NCBI RefSeq assembly: GCF_033153115.1
Contig: NW_026889778.1
Location: 27,342,001 to 27,406,000 of the forward strand
Source: Saccostrea echinata
Taxonomy: Eukaryota
Length of the DNA: 64,000 bases
Reading direction: 5' to 3'
Shown: in pieces, positions 62,301-64,000 of the stretch
Numbering within the stretch: position 1 is the stretch's first letter
Layout of the letters: each line of letters starts with the position of its first letter
Notes under the pieces: model-generated
The model's input: the letters and a program-made list of their open reading frames with translations, nothing else
Databases searched by the model: none
Told to the model about the DNA's origin: nothing
Position numbers and translations under genes: made by a program

Positions 62301-64000
62301 TAAATAAATCTCTGAATAAAAAGACAATCGGTAAAAGTTTAAACTAAAAAGGAGAACCCATCTTTTTTTGGATAGAGATACTGGTATCACGGGAGATTCG
62401 AATCCCCTACTATAAAAACGAATGAGGAGGGGTAGGGGCAAACGACCCCTATATGAATAATTCTATGCTCAATTAACTGCTAAGAGGAAAAACGGAAGAG
62501 GGAGATGCCACGATAATTTGCTAAAAAAATTATTATTTTTTTTTTGGTTAAATGATCTAATAAATACATAAAAAAGTAGTCTCTGATAAAAATTACTATT
62601 GTATCAATTTTCTTAAATTGTTCCGATAAAAGCTGGCTTGAAATTGAATTGCTATATGTTTAGGAAATAAATACAGCTTAATGTGGACTTTTTCCCAAAG
62701 CCTTATGATCAATGTTGAAGAAAATAACAACAAGCCCTACATCGACGGAGATATTAGGATTAAAAATATTTATGAAACAGAAGAAACAACAGATTAAACA
62801 ATAGATTAGGCTGTAAAGAAATTACAAACTTCTGATAAATGTTGATATGACGACATCTTTTGAGAATAAATCACTGAGACGGAAAAAGTGCTGGTAACAA
62901 GTGGTTATAGGTGTCATATAATTGGTGTGGTGCAAACGGACTGATTTTACACACATCTTTTATTTTCCATTTTTACAGTGTTCTTTTTGGTTATCTCCCC
63001 GTGACATTACGCGGGCTTATACTGTACATAATACAAGTATATTTGTGGCCAGCTCGCGTTTGTTATTTGTTCGCTATATATTAGCGGGATTTGTGGTGCC
63101 GTCAACTAAAAGCACTACATTATTCAAATGTTAAGAAAATGTTGAAAATCATCAACCACACCAATCGTAAGACAAGAAAGACAATCAAGAAATCTACATT
63201 TTGATAAAGTTGAAAAATAAAAACACTGGTGATGTTTCAAGCGGAAAAAACAGAGGTTCAGGCAAAACTTTGATAACCGTAAAATATGTTTTAAAACAAC
63301 ATTTTTTTTTCTGACTATTGAATTTATGTATGTAATAAAAAAGTCACATTTCGCGTTGAAATCTTGGACGTCGAGTCTCAACTCTGATATGTCGATACTC
63401 CGAAGATCTCGACATTATCTGAAAGTTCCGTTGATTTCGGGATACTACAGTTTATACCTGTACATGACTTTAAGGAAAAGTGTTTAAATAAACAAACAAA
63501 CCTTTCTGCTTTTAAAGAAAAATGTGCAGTAGTGTGGTAACAGGCAAAAATACGAGTCATGTTCTTAAATTTCGAGATTCCGAGAAATTGGCATTTTTGA
63601 AAAAATAACTAGGAAAAAATGTTTTGCCTATTTTACCTTTAGCTTTCAGGACGAAAGCAGATACTAAGTCGCCTATGAAGAGAGTGGAGCGGAAGATTTT
63701 CAAACATTCAAGGGGAATATTGGTCAACCGCATAGCCTCATACAAAAAAGTATAGACATGTATGTTTGACGTAATATTTAATTTTTAAGACATACATGTA
63801 CATTGCATCACTTCGAAATAAGAAAAGCTTTGATGTCAGGGAAGCTGTAATCACGGAGGAAGATGAATAGAGGACCTTAATTGCGTAGAAAAAAAAAATT
63901 CAAGTCTCGCAGGATTCAAATATATTTCGTCAAAGTTGCAATGCAACTGTATTTTATAGCGCTCAGTAAAGTCCAGCTCCGTTATTTGTGCATATATAAA

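Noticed and set aside
62370-62410. tRNA-like fragment (GATTCGAATC, TGGTATCAC)
   Set aside because: No A box or cloverleaf; too short to support.

Overview
AT-rich eukaryotic genomic DNA, most likely a bivalve mollusc (oyster, Ostreidae). That is inferred from the Cg170-like Helentron repeats, the SINE family and the B-box/beta-propeller gene type. Host genes: (1) the last 18 coding exons of a kinesin-5 gene (KIF11/Eg5, + strand, 159-10260), manually spliced into one 876-aa frame that ends in the BimC box, KEN box and RxxL motif; (2) a disrupted multi-pass membrane protein gene (- strand, about 25750-27889); (3) an intact RING-less B-box/coiled-coil/NHL-like gene (- strand, main exon 57641-59327). 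Most of the rest is transposon-derived: a full-length, degenerate Gypsy LTR retrotransposon (31026-39028, -), a truncated Tigger/pogo element, two LINE remnants, tRNA-derived SINEs, several Helentron-type elements with internal tandem arrays, and many MITEs, often nested. The most interesting observation is an extra ORF in the env position of the Gypsy element. It encodes a two-zinc-finger protein and has a splice acceptor directly on its ATG. Also notable are a hammerhead-ribozyme-like motif in a Penelope-like fragment and head-swapped SINEs. All calls were made by eye with no database searches, so family names for non-autonomous elements are tentative.
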